A stretch of DNA of 64,000 nucleotides from Eledone cirrhosa. Its lineage: Eukaryota. The notes beneath the pieces were generated by a model. The model saw only the letters and a program-made list of their open reading frames with translations, was not told the DNA's origin and did not search any database. Numbering within the stretch: position 1 is the first letter of the stretch; the number at the start of each line of letters is the position of its first letter. A program made the position numbers and the translations under genes. Where the stretch lies: NCBI GenBank assembly GCA_964016885.1, contig CAXHJY010000814.1, positions 1-64,000 of the forward strand. The letters are read 5' to 3'. Shown piece after piece: positions 1 to 13,967 of the stretch.

Positions 1-78
1 TATGTCTATATATACATACTATATATATATACATACTATATATATATACATACTATATATATATATATATACTATATA

Positions 79-134
<56 letters not shown>

Positions 135-196
135 GTATGTGTATATGTATGTGTGTATATAAATATATATATATATATATATAGTGAATTTCAAAT

Positions 197-236
<40 letters not shown>

Positions 237-256
237 TAGTATATATATATATATAC

Positions 257-331
<75 letters not shown>

Positions 332-358
332 TATTATATATATATATATATATATACA

Positions 359-435
<77 letters not shown>

Positions 436-445
436 TATTTATATA

Positions 446-513
<68 letters not shown>

Positions 514-515
514 CA

Positions 516-593
<78 letters not shown>

Positions 594-1010
594 CAGGGTG
601 GGGCTCTGTGGGTGTATAGTAACAAAGGTATTCCACCCTCCCACACACATTATCAAGAGGAATTCATATTTGCATATTTATAAGACCCCACGTATGTAAT
701 TAATTTTGAATATGTATATATGTATGTATATAGTTGTATATATACATATATATATATATGTATACATATATATATATATATATGTATACACACAAACACA
801 TATATATATAATATATGTGTACATATATAAATATACATATATATATATATATATGTATGAATTTATGTATTCACACAGACACATATATATATATATGTGT
901 ATGCATACATATATGTATACCTATATATATATAAATAGATAAATAGTATATATATATATATAGATATATATATATAATATATGTGTGTGTGTGTATTTAT
1001 ATATATATTT
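1..1010. repeat. (TA)n/(TATG)n microsatellite tract (similar tracts at ~4170-6570, 6790-7090, 7705-7925, 19970-20500, 22820-23330, 23830-24310, 36460-36560)
   Basis: Direct: long imperfect TA dinucleotide runs; these account for all the YIYI-type ORFs. Confidence 0.98.
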
Positions 1011-1015
1011 ATATG

Positions 1016-1915
1016 ATAATAATGATATTGAAATTATTGTGTACAGTGCTCAGGTGCACTACAACTCATCAAAGGTGCATGTATAGTACATAGAATAATG
1101 TACAAATGTCAGGAAAGTGAACAGTGTATGAGTCATGATATACATGTGCTTGTGTGTGTGGAGGGGGGGATATCAGGTGTAGTGTTGGCGAATTTCAGAA
1201 AGCATGGAGGTTTTAAAGGATGCAGTGTCTCGACAGCTAACAACTGATGCAGGTAGTTTGTTCCATGGAGGTTTTAAAGGATGAAAGTGTCTCGACAGCT
1301 AACAACTGATGCAGGTAGTTTGTTCCATGGAGGTTTTAAAGGATGCAGTGTCTCGACAGCTAACAACTGATGCAGGTAGTTTGTTCCATGGAGGTTTTAA
1401 AGGATGAAGTGTCTCAACAGCTAACAACTGATGCAGGTAGTTTGTTCCATGGAGGTTTTAAAGGATGCAGTGTCTCGACAGCTAACAACTGATGCAGAGA
1501 GTTTGTTCCATGGAGGTTTTAAAGGATGAAGTGTCTTGACAGCTAACAACTGATGCAGGGAGTTTGTTCCATGGAGGTTTTAAAGGATGCAGTGTCTCGA
1601 CAGCTAACAACTGATGCAGGTAGTTTGTTCCATGGAGGTTTTAAGGATGCAGTGTCTCGACAGCTAACAACTGATGCAGGTAGTTTGTTCCATGGAGGTT
1701 TTAAAGGATGCAGTGTCCCGACAGCTAACAACTGCTGCAGGTAGTTTGTTCCATGCCTTCAGCAACTCTGAGCGGGAAAAAATGTTTCTGAAAGTCATGG
1801 GAGCTGTGCTGTTTTCTGATTTTGTAGACATGTCAACATGTGTTAGACACATGGAAGTCAAAAGGGTGCTCAGGGTTGTTGTTGCAAGATGGTTAATGAT
1901 CATATAATTATATAC
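1016..1915 (-). mobile_element. CR1-like LINE 3' end (ORF2 C-terminus + 3'UTR) with an internal 61-bp tandem array
   Basis: Minus strand reads approx. TRRHVYKIRK..HFFPLRV..AWNKLPAAVVSCRDTASFKTSM, the TRGH..K..FFS.RV..WN.LP..VV....FK C-terminal motif of CR1 ORF2; ends in an (ATT)n-like tail. Confidence 0.8.
1203..1755 (-). repeat. 61-bp minisatellite, ~9 copies, derived from CR1 ORF2 C-terminus
   Basis: Unit CCATGGAGGTTTTAAAGGATGCAGTGTCTCGACAGCTAACAACTGATGCAGGTAGTTTGTT. Confidence 0.97.
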
Positions 1916-1924
1916 TTCTGTGTG

Positions 1925-3279
1925 TGTATACATATATATAAAGGTATATACTTATGTATACATATATATAAAGGTATATACTTATGTATATATATATATA
2001 TATAAAGGTATATACTTATGTATATATATATATATATATAAAGGTATATACTATGTATATATATGTATAAAGGTATATACTTATGTATATATATATATAT
2101 AAAGGTATATACTTATGTATACATATATATAAAGGTATATACTTAATGTATATATATATATAAAGGTATATACCTTATGTATATATATATATAAAGGTAT
2201 ATACTTATGTATATATATATATAAAGGTATATACTTATGTATACATATATATAAAGGTATATACTTATGTATACATATATATAAAGGTATATACTTATGT
2301 ATACATATATATAAAGGTATATACTTATGTATACATATATATAAAGGATATACTTATGTATACATATATATAAAGGAGTATACTTATGTATACATATATA
2401 TAAAGGTATATACTTATGGAGGCACATGGCTTAGTGGTTAGAGCATTGGCCTTGCAATCGAAGGTTGTGAGTTCAATTCTCAGACCGGGTGGTGATGTGT
2501 TGTTTCCTTGAGCAAGGCACTTTATTCACATTGCTCCAGTTTACTCAGCTGTAGAAATGAGATGATAGGGACTGGTGTCCCTATCATTCCACTGTAAAGT
2601 GGTCGTGGAGGTGCCACGGCAAAAAAAGCACCCAGCACTCACTGTAAATGAGGTTGGTGTTTAGGAAGGGCATCCAGCTGTAGAAATCAAGCCAGCATCA
2701 GTTCCCATCCCACCCTTGGCAAGCAGGAAAAAGCGGATGTAAAATGAAATGATGATGATGATGATGATACATATATATAAAGGTATATACTTATGTATAC
2801 ATATATATAAAGGTATATACTTATGTATATATATATATATATAAAGGTATATACTTATGTATATATATATATATATATAAAGGTATATACTTCTGTATAT
2901 ATACATATATATAAAGGTATATACTTATGTATACATATATATAAAGGTATATACTTATGTATATATATATATATATATAAAGGTATATACTTATGTATAT
3001 ATATATATAAAAAGGTATATACTTATGTATACATATATATAAAGGTATATACTTATGTATACATATATATAAAGGTATATACTTATGTATATATATATAT
3101 AAAGGTATATACTTATGTATACATATATATAAAGGTATATACTTATGTATACATATATATAAAGGTAGATACTTATGTATATATATATATAAAGGTATAT
3201 ACTTATGTATACATATATATAAAGGTATATACTTATGTATACATATATATAAAGGTAGATACTTATGTATACATATATA
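1925..3279. repeat. ~30-bp AT-rich minisatellite (ATATAAAGGTATATACTTATGTATACAT) interrupted by a SINE
   Basis: Direct tandem periodicity on both sides of 2418-2768. Confidence 0.95.
2418..2768 (+). mobile_element. tRNA-derived SINE, full length
   Basis: A box TGGCTTAGTGG, B box GAGTTCAATTC, (ATG)n tail; family members at 7928-8252, 30010-30160, 35955-36460. Confidence 0.88.
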
Positions 3280-4164
3280 CAGAGTGCGGACGATATTTGT
3301 TTGCAATTTTCAACTGCTAATTTTATGCAAATTCTTTTTACTTCTGTTGTCACTCTTGTCTTCAACAGTGACTATATTTCCATTATTTATTTTCAGAATA
3401 ATTGATTATGAATAATTTTGAACCTGCAAGTTTGTGGAAGAGTCACGGAGTTCTTCTTGGAATCCGCGCTGGGAGGACAAATAAGGAAATTTCAGACTTT
3501 CTCAGCGTCAGCAGGAGAATGGTGTCTCATCCAAAGACATGCCCAGAGTCATGCAGACAAAGTTTCCAGCGACAACATTGGTCTTAGGTGTCGTCAGCAG
3601 TCAAGGTAACGTCATGCCACCTCACTTCTTCCCTGAGGGCCTCAAGCTGAACACTGATGGCTACATCCGTGTTCTGAGCGAAGTAGTAAAGCCCTGGATC
3701 GACCAGGTAGCTGCAGGTAAGCCGTACGTGTGGCAGCAAGACTCAGCGCCCTGCCATACCAGCCGAAAGACCCAAGCCTGGCTGTCAGAGAACTTCGTCG
3801 ACCACACTTCACCTGACATCTGGCCTCCCAGCTTGCCTGACTGCAACCCCCTCGACTTCTTTGTGTGGGGCGCAGTGGAACGAGACGCCAACAGATCTAG
3901 CTCCATACGAAAGATGATCTGAAGGCCAGGATCACAAGTGCCTTTAGGGGCCTAAGTCGGGGGACAGTGACGAAGGCCTGTAGCCGGTTCCAAGGCCGCC
4001 TTGAGGCCGTCATCAAAGCCAATGGCAGGTTTATCGAGTGAGATCAAAAAACAAGCCATGAAGACAAACTGACCCAAGTTTGATAAATATATCTTAAAAA
4101 ATAAAACTACTCTGTTATTTTTTCCTAGACAGTAATTTTGCGAACAAATATCGTCCGCACCCTG
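3280..4164 (+). mobile_element. Internally deleted Tc1/mariner-superfamily element, DD37D (maT) type
   Basis: TIRs CAGAGTGCGGACGATATTTGTTTGCAA / TTGCGAACAAATATCGTCCGCACCCTG flanked by TA; transposase remnant 3539-4041 WQQDSAPCH...WPPSLPDCNPLDF with 37 residues between the last two catalytic Asp. Confidence 0.92.
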
Positions 4165-4539
4165 TATATATATATATATTATATATATATATATATATAT
4201 ATCATCATCATCATCATCATCATTGTTTAACGTCTATCTTCCACGCATACTTACATTTATTTGTATACATATATACATATATATACACACATATATAACA
4301 AAGAGGGTGTGGTAAAGAACCAGGTGGACCATAACGCACCAGAGTACTCAATACTTAGGGTAGTAGAGTGGGTAATAGGGAAAGAGTCAGGGCCCCGACA
4401 GCTGACCTCTAGCTGTCGACACAACCGGAGCTCAGCCGTTGGGGTCCTAACTCCTTCCTATATATACATCCCGTCCAAACCGATGCTAGCGTGGAAGATG
4501 GACGTTAAACGATGATGATGATGATGATATATATATACA

Positions 4540-4594
<55 letters not shown>

Positions 4595-4642
4595 AAATAA
4601 ATGTAAGTATGCTAGAGGAAGAAATAAAATTCTAATTTTATG

Positions 4643-4717
<75 letters not shown>

Positions 4718-4788
4718 CATGTATATACATATGCATATATATATATAAATATATATATATATATGTATGTAATGTATATATATATATA

Positions 4789-5008
4789 TATATTAATCAG
4801 AGGAATTCCAACTTTGTCTGATTTACTTGTTTTATTTACAATCCTTTAAAATATATAATGGTATTATAATGAAATAGTATGGTAGAATATTAACACTTAG
4901 AATTTAATATTCTACCATACTATTTCATTATAATACCATTATATATTTTAAAGGAATGTAAATAAAACAAGTAAATCAGACAAAGTTGGAATTCCTCTTA
5001 TTAATATA
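4789..5008. repeat. Near-perfect foldback, ~105-bp arms and 10-nt loop (4894-4903)
   Basis: Direct: GAGGAATTCCAACTTTG...GAATATTAA mirrored by TTAATATTC...CAAAGTTGGAATTCCTC. Confidence 0.95.
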
Positions 5009-5060
5009 ATCTTCTATACACAATCATACACACCCGTGTATATCTACCTATCTATATCTA

Positions 5061-5110
<50 letters not shown>

Positions 5111-5127
5111 CATGTATATACATATGC

Positions 5128-5158
<31 letters not shown>

Positions 5159-5826
5159 CATGTATATACATATGCATACATATACATATATATATATATA
5201 TACATACATGTATATACATATGCATACATATATATATATATACACACACACATATATGTAGATACATATAGATACACGTATATATATATGTAGATATATA
5301 TACACACACACACATATATATATATATGTGTAGATATATATAGATAGATAGATATATTTACATACATATACATATATATATATATATACATATACATGTA
5401 TGTGTATGTATGTATATAAATATATATATATACATATATATATATATACACACACAAACACACAGACAGTGCATGTATGTTTAAACTAAACCAAGACCGG
5501 GGGAGGGGAGGGGTTTTGCTGACCCTTCCTCTACTCCCCCCTCCCACACCCAGCTACTGTACCTGACAATATACACCTGGGTCACCAATGTTGACCCAGG
5601 TGGCCCCCTTCTCCCCCCCCCCCCCCCCAATAACAATGTTTTAGGTCATAACATATCAACTGACCCCAGAGTTTTCTTTGATGTTCATCATGGGACCTGG
5701 GTTGGGGGAGGGGATTGTCATACATATATATATATATGTGTGTGTGTGTGTATATATATATATGTGTGTATATATTATATGTGTATATATTATGTGTATA
5801 TATTATATGTGTATATGTTATTATAA

Positions 5827-5910
<84 letters not shown>

Positions 5911-6005
5911 TGTATGTATATATATATATAATATATATATATATATATGTATATGTATATATATATGTATATATATATGTATATATATATATATAAATAT
6001 ATATG

Positions 6006-6200
<195 letters not shown>

Positions 6201-6213
6201 GTGTATATATATG

Positions 6214-6338
<125 letters not shown>

Positions 6339-6449
6339 ATGTATATATATATATATGTATATATATACATACATAAATACATATATGCACACACATATAT
6401 ATACACACATGTATATATATATATACATATATATATATATACACACACA

Positions 6450-6506
<57 letters not shown>

Positions 6507-6794
6507 TTATATATATGTGTGTGTGTTTATATGTATGTATATATATATGTATGTGTATATATATATATATCTGTTGATAATCCCAATTTCCATTAAAACC
6601 TAATAAATAAACCATGGGATGGTAGGATGCCGTCATCTGGCTGCTATGTCTAGTAGTTTGAGAAGCCATCTAGAGGACTACACTGACTAGGCAATATATA
6701 TACACGTGCACGTATGTTTAATTAATTCAAGTGTGTATATATACACACTTGATGTGATTTATGTATATACATGACTTCCTTCGGGTTTAATTCA

Positions 6795-6831
<37 letters not shown>

Positions 6832-6899
6832 CACACATACACGCACACACATACACACACACATATATATATATATATACACACATACACACACAAACG

Positions 6900-6942
<43 letters not shown>

Positions 6943-7927
6943 GTGTGTGTATATATATATATATGTGTGTGTACACATACATAAACACGAGTATAGGATG
7001 TATGTGCTTAGTGTGTGTCTATGTATGTATGTATATATGTATGTATATTTGTATGTATGCATGTATGTATGTATATGTATGTATATTTGTATGTCAGGTC
7101 ACCAGTTGGTGCTACTGGTAACATGTATCCCAGTACAACCTGTCTCATGGTCAGGTCATTGGCGACTAAACTGGCAACCCCACCAAGGTTTCTTGGTGAG
7201 GAGGGTGACTTTGGACATCCTGCAGGAATAAAAACAAAACCTGTCAAAGGGCAAAGGAGCTCTTAAGAGTCAATGGCCATCCAAAATCACCGGGAGAGAT
7301 GACCCCTTAGCCTTTGTCAGGGCAGAATTCTAGGAGAAGGAAAACTCTGATATAACACCTGCAACCCTGATGGTATCCAATGATGTTGACTTGTTCTTCT
7401 TTTTGGTAAATATCATCTTGGTTAAGAGAGTGGGACTGGCTTTGTGCAGTGCCTTTGCTCACTATAAAAGCTTCACGGCACAGGCATCGCTTTATATCTG
7501 GAGATCTCTCTGCACTTGTCGTCACATGGTACCATGGGCCCAGCACTATGTGTCAATAATTGTCACAAGTGTAGTGTTTGTACCAGAGTTTTCAAGTCGC
7601 TGGCTGGACTAAAAAGTCACACTCGTTCAGCGCATCGGTAGGGGTTCTCCTACATGGATATAAAGTAGTGGCCGTACTCGAAAACGAGTTGGCAGCCACC
7701 ATATTTGTATGTATGTATATATGTATGTATATTTGTATGTATATATGTATGTATATTTGTATGTATGTATGTATGTATGCATGTATGTATGTATGCATGT
7801 TTATATGTATGTATGTATGTATATTTGTATGTATATATATATATATATTTTTATGTATATATATGTATATTTGTATGTATGTATGTTCGTATGTATATAT
7901 GTATGAATGTATATTTGTATGTATGTA

Positions 7928-8252
7928 TCATCATCATCATCATCATCATTTTACGTCCGCTTTTCCCTGCTTGCAAGGGTGGGACGGGAACTGATTCTGG
8001 CTTGATTTCTACAGCTGGATGCCCTTCCTAACACCAACCTCATTTACAGTGAGTGCTGGGTGCTTTTTTGCTGTGGTACCTCCACGACCACTTTGCAGTG
8101 GAATGATAGCTGTAGAAATGAGATGAGTAAACTGGAGCAATGTGAAATAAAGTGTCTTGCTCAAGGAAACAACACATCACCCGGTCTGAGAATTTAACTC
8201 ACAACCTTTCGATTGCAAGGCCAATGCTCTAACCACTAAGCTATGTGCCTCC
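7928..8252 (-). mobile_element. tRNA-derived SINE (same family as 2418-2768)
   Basis: Reverse-complement similarity including head boxes and (CAT)n tail. Confidence 0.88.
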
Positions 8253-8267
8253 TATATATATATATAT

Positions 8268-8491
8268 AGGAAAATATTCAGGACCCCGACGGCAGAGCTC
8301 AAGCCGTTTCGACGGCTATACCTGGACTCCAGATCTAGTTCAGATATAGCCGTCTAAACGGCTTGAGCTGTGCCTTCGGGGTCCTGAACCTTTTCCTATT
8401 ACCCACTCTACTACCCAAAGTATTGAGTACTCTGGTGCGTTATGGTCCACCTGGTTCCTTACCTCACTTCCTTCGTTATATATATATATAT

Positions 8492-8527
<36 letters not shown>

Positions 8528-8985
8528 GTGTGTATAATGGTAGCTATGGTGCTTCCATAGGCAGTATGCCAAAATTAGCACTCAATATTCTTACAGAGCA
8601 GAGTGTGAATAGTATAAAAAAAAGAAAAATCAGTGATGCATCTGGACTCAGTGAGAAAATTTGCTCCGAACGAACTACCCGTGTCCGAAGGAACCTGCAG
8701 CCGTAGAATCAGCCAGACCCATACAGTGATCATGTCTCGAGCTACCTGCCGGCGAAACAATTGTAACACACAATAAACTGAGACCAGATGCAGCACTGAT
8801 TTTTCGTTTTTTTTATACTATATATATATATATATATATAACGAAGGAAATGTGGTAAGGAACCAGATGGACCATAACGCACCAAAGTACTCAATACTTA
8901 GGGTAGTAGAGTGGGTAATAGGAACAAGTATGACCCCGACAGCAGAGCTCAAGCCATTTTGACGGCTAATTCTAGACGGCTGAGT
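8268..8985. repeat. Nested inverted repeats (hairpin 8277-8390; 8390-8480 vs 8838-8925; hairpin 8625-8806), probably Penelope-like terminal repeat relics; related copy at 4297-4460
   Basis: Direct reverse complementarity; family assignment is inferred. Confidence 0.6.
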
Positions 8986-9902
8986 CTATTTACCTTCAAT
9001 AACTATCCTAAATATAAATACACCTATACCATACATACATATATGTTGTTGACGCCGTGGTTTAGCAGAGACAAGAAAGAAGTATCAAGCCGGGGGAGGG
9101 ACAGAAGACACTCCACCCAAGTCTAAGTGGTGCCTCAGATGCACCCCGGGGAAAAAACGACAAAAGCGATACCTCGGAGAATGGTCAGAGACATCTGCTG
9201 CGACAGCACCTCCTCTTCACAGGACTCCCGCCATCTTTCCTCCTGACTCTATGGAGGTAATCAGCAGTGTGGGGACCAAGGATGCCAGAGGTCTCAACGG
9301 AGTGGAAGAGGTGAGTCAGGCCTCAGTATTTAACTATCTTACCCACCCCTACATTGTGTGCAGCAGAGCCCAGGTTTGGGGCCACAGCTATATTTGAACT
9401 TTTACATGAAATTTCAGTTTTGTATTTTTCACATCTTAAAACTTAATTTTAGTCTTTTGCAGCTCATCTCGTTTCATCTCGCGGTACACAGTTTGGGAAC
9501 CACTGTTCCAGAGACAGAAAAAGTATGTTTTATGCAGGGCTTCCCTGAGACATAAAAACTATTTCAAGAGATCCACATGGGTAAAAAGGTTGAGAAACGC
9601 TGCTCAATGTTCTTCATTTTTTATTCACCTTTAAATTTTAATCATGTATAAAATATCGTATGTGCAAGATTTCATTAAAAGGTGTAAACTTATTTCTGCT
9701 GATCTTGCAGGGGCTAGCTCCAATTGAGAGTTGTACCAAATATAAACATATATCGTGCATGTCAGTCAGATTCGAACTCATAATAACTAAATAAAATTAA
9801 TTCTACATTTCCAGGTAGGGAATGAACTGATAACTTCCCATAACTAGATACTTATTTATTTGATTGTAAATACAAATGCTGCAGAACACACACACATATA
9901 TA

Positions 9903-10295
9903 CGAGGGCAATCCCAAAAGTAAGGTCTCCTTCCGATATTGCAACTTTTCCATTAAAATCCTGTGGATGGTGTTTCGGGAAACCTCAGGAACCAAAATGC
10001 AGAGAGCATCCAGAGTGATCCGCCGATCTTTACGCATGTTTTCCTCGGAAGGAGACCTTACTTTTGGGATTGCCCTCTATATAATAACTGCGCGAAATCC
10101 GCACTTGGTAGTAGCGTTCAACGGGAGCTCCATTCTCAACGGCTGCCAAGCCAAGATTGAGCATCCCAGCAAAACGCGCGCATACTTGTTTGGGAGTGAA
10201 GGAAGCACCAATCACAACAGTGTTGCCAACAGCCGTACGAACAGTTTCTCTGCGTCCCCATCGCTTTGGAGACCTTACTTTTGAGAGTACCCTCG
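9903..10295 (-). mobile_element. Mariner deletion derivative with three TIR copies
   Basis: TIR CGAGGG....AAAAGTAAGGTCTCC at 9903 (+), 10051-10078 (-) and 10268-10295 (-); TA flanks; minus-strand remnants MELPLNATTKCGFRAVI and RKDRRITLDAL..VSRNTIHRILMEKLQYRK (mariner HTH). Confidence 0.85.
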
Positions 10296-10499
10296 TATAT
10301 ATATATATATATAAGCAAGTTTGTTTTGAAACAGATCGAAGTTTGAAGCAAATTATGTCTATATAACGCCAAACATAGTGAGTTCGTATCTGACTGACTA
10401 GTTGGTCATTGCCTCACCCAACAGTTTCAATCGACCTCTAGTGGGAGATATCAACCAGGTTGGGAAACCCTGGTTTAGTAGCCACAGTTGTTACTACGT

Positions 10500-10885
10500 T
10501 TAACATATTCAGGACTTATTAAATAATTATTTTTTCCAGCCTGTGGCATTCGAGACGTTTGGTGGAGTTGGGCTGCTAACAGCGAAGTTCTTGTCATCAC
10601 TGGCGGCTCACCTTACTGAGGTGCCAGGTGATACCCGTGAGGGTGCCTGGTTATTTCAGTGCCTTAGCCTCACCATCACCTCACCTTACTGAGGTGTCAG
10701 GAGATGCCTGTGGGGTTATTTCAGCGCCTTAGCCTCGCCCCACCTGTGGTAATGCTGCCAGTGAGTTGGCTTGCTTCAAAGTGTGTAGTTAACCCTTAAG
10801 GTGTGATGTGTGGCCGATTGTGGCACTTGGTGGGGAATTCCTCTTTTTTCTTTCCTTTATCATTATTGTTCAATAAATTATATTA
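10500..10885 (+). mobile_element. CRE-like (restriction-like endonuclease) non-LTR retrotransposon 3' fragment
   Basis: Translates FQPVAFETFGGVG..TAKFLSSLA.HL..VPGDTREGAWLFQCLSL..GNAAS, matching F.P.A.ET.G..G...FL...G+.RE..WL.QRLS...RGNA; AATAAA tail. Confidence 0.75.
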
Positions 10886-11407
10886 TTATATTTTTATACA
10901 CGGCTTAAACATTATATTTGTAATGTTCTGAACGAACTGCGAGCAATTTATAATGTTATTTACACATTTGTAATGTTATTTATGTATATATTTATATATT
11001 TAAAACATATTGTAATGTTATTCAATTGAAATTAAAGTTGTACTAAAGCCACAAATGTTTTTCTATTCTTTAACTAATTAGATACTTATTTATATATTTG
11101 TAAATACAAGTGCTGCAAAAAACTCACACACACATATATATATATACATACATGCTATAATCCAAGAGAACGAGAGAAGAATGAAGGACAGATATATACA
11201 TGGTAGAAATAACAGCGAAAGACCAGCAGAGAACAGAACGAAGTACACACACAAACACACACATATATATATTTATGTATGTATGTATATGTATAATGGA
11301 ATTATGTAATAAAATGAAGATGTACGAATAAAACTGTCTTTCTTATTTATTATACAAACACTTCGATTGATACCTTACAGAGAAAATCATAAGGAATACA
11401 CATCGTA

Positions 11408-11705
11408 AAGTGCTTTACTATATATATATATATATACAGACACACACATATATGTGTGTGTGTGTATATGAGTACTTTACTATATATATATATATATATA
11501 CAGACACACACATATATGTGTGTGTGTGTATATGAGTACTTTACTATATATATATATATATATACAGACACACACATATATGTGTGTGTGTGTATATGAG
11601 TGCTTTACTATATATATATATATATATATACAGGCACACACATGTATGTGTGTGTGCGTGCACGAGTACTTTACTATATATATATGCAAACACACACATA
11701 TATAT
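11408..11705. repeat. ~65-bp microsatellite-containing tandem repeat, ~5 copies
   Basis: Repeated GAGTACTTTAC(TA)nCAGACACACAC. Confidence 0.85.
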
Positions 11706-13888
11706 TGTTTTGACTGCTATTTCTAGCATATATGGACATTTTAGAAATAGCAGCGAATAACAGAAAGAAGGACACACACACAATTATGTATGCATGTGTG
11801 TGTGTGTTTGTTATGCGGCCACATATATAATAAAGGCGGTGACCCAGCTTGGACAGTTGAAAACGTGAAACGAATAAAATAATAAATAAATACATGAGGC
11901 TGTATGTGTAGGAGTAAAAGAATATGTACTGGGGCCGATATTCACAATTAAATATATTCGATAATGTGCCCCAGCATGGCCTTAGTCGATCGACCAACTA
12001 AGACCAATAATAAAATACTTTAAAATAAATTTAACACCCTAAAATTCGAGGTTACAACTATATTACTGTAATATAAATTAGAAATCCTTTAATTAAACAA
12101 AGCTACGATGCAGCGATTATCAAAACAAACCCCAAAATGTAAACAAACTTCTCGAAGCGGCTGCGAAGATTCACGATAACCTGTGTAGACGAAGAGTAAC
12201 GGGAAGTTTGGTAGCGTTATATCTCTTTCTAATTGGCCCCTATTATATTCGAATTGCCCCCTGTAGGGCGTGCACTCCTCGTTGAGAATCCCTTATTTAT
12301 AAATATACGTAAGTGTGTTGTTATGACTGCTATTTCTAGCAGGTTTCTGGCTGTCCTGTAGACGCACAAGAAAAACCGGAAGTGGCAGCCATTAAAAAAC
12401 TTTGGCTTAAAATCAGCCAAAAGATTTTCAATAATAGTAAAATTTTATTTTTGACAAGGACGATAACTTTTGTCTTACTTAATCGCAAAAATCGAGGCAA
12501 AAATTTTGCGGGTGTGCAGTTTACACGCTAAAATAAACCTGCTAGAAATAGCAGTCATAGCAACTTACATATATTTATATATCATATATATATACATATG
12601 GACACTTTAGGTAATAGCAGCGAACATAAGAAAGAAGCACACACACACACACACATATATATATGTATGCATGCGTGTGTGTTATGCGGCCACATATATA
12701 ATAAAGGCGGTGACCCAGCTTGGACAGTTTAAAACGTGAAACAAATAAAATAATAAATAAATACATGAGGCTGTATGTGTAGGAGTAAAAGAATATGTAT
12801 TGGGGCAGAAATTCACAATTAAATATATTCGATAATGTGCCCCAGCATGGCCTTAGTCGATCGACCAACTAAGACCAATAATAAAATATTTTAAAATAAA
12901 TTTAACACCCTAAAATTCGAGGTTACAACCATATTACTGTAATATAAATTAGAAATCCTTTAATTAAGCAAAGCTACGATGCAGCGATGATCAAAACAAA
13001 TCCGAAAATGTAAACAAACTTCTCGTAGCGGCTGCCAGATACACGATAACATGTGTAGATGAAGAGTAACGGGAAGTTTGGTAGCGTTATATCTCTTTCT
13101 AATTGGCCCCTATTATATTCAAATTGCCCCCTGTGGGGCGTGCACCCCTCGTTGAGAATCCCTGGTATATAAATATACGTAAGTGTGTTGTTATGACTGC
13201 TATTTCTAGCAGGTTTCTGGCTGTCCTGTAGACGCACAAGAAAAACCGGAAGTGGCAGCCATTAAAAAACTTTGGCTTAAAATCAGCCAAAAGATTTTCA
13301 ATAATAGTAAAATTTTATTTTTGACAAGGACGATAACTTTTGTCTTACTTAATCGCAAAAATTGAGGCAAAAATTTTGCGGGTGTGCAGTTTACACGCTA
13401 AAATAAACCTGCTAGAAATAGCAGTCATAGCAACATACTTACATATATTTATATATCATATATATATATATATCAGCCAAACACACACACTTATATATGT
13501 ATGTGTGTGTGCGTGTGTCTATATATATGTGTGTGTGTGTGTTTGGCCGTTATATATATATATAGCAGCCAAACACACACACACATATATATATACATGT
13601 GTGTGTATATGTGTGAGTGTGTGTGTTTGTGTGTGTGTCCTCCTCTCGTCTATGGCTGCTATTTCTACATTTTCTTTCTTTTTGTAATTTTTCTCAGGAT
13701 TTGCCTGGATTCGAACCTGCGGCCACCGTATTTACAATATAGAATCTTTACAGCTTTACTGACTTTTAAGTAATCCAAGTTGTAACCCCGGATTTAGGGG
13801 TGTTTAATTTATTTTGAAGTATTTCATTATTGGCCTTAGTTAGACGATCGACCAAGGCCATGCTGGGGCATATATATATATGTATATA

Positions 13889-13967
<79 letters not shown>

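Noticed and set aside
2418-2492. Possible tRNA gene
   Set aside because: A/B boxes run directly into a SINE body and tail that recur several times in the window
7090-7705. Complex island resembling a LINE 5'UTR on the minus strand
   Set aside because: Similarity too vague to assign without a search
9360-10480. hAT-like terminal motifs (TTTGGGAACCACTG, GGTTGAGAAACGCTG, GGTTGGGAAACCCTG)
   Set aside because: Could not pair ends or find TSDs confidently
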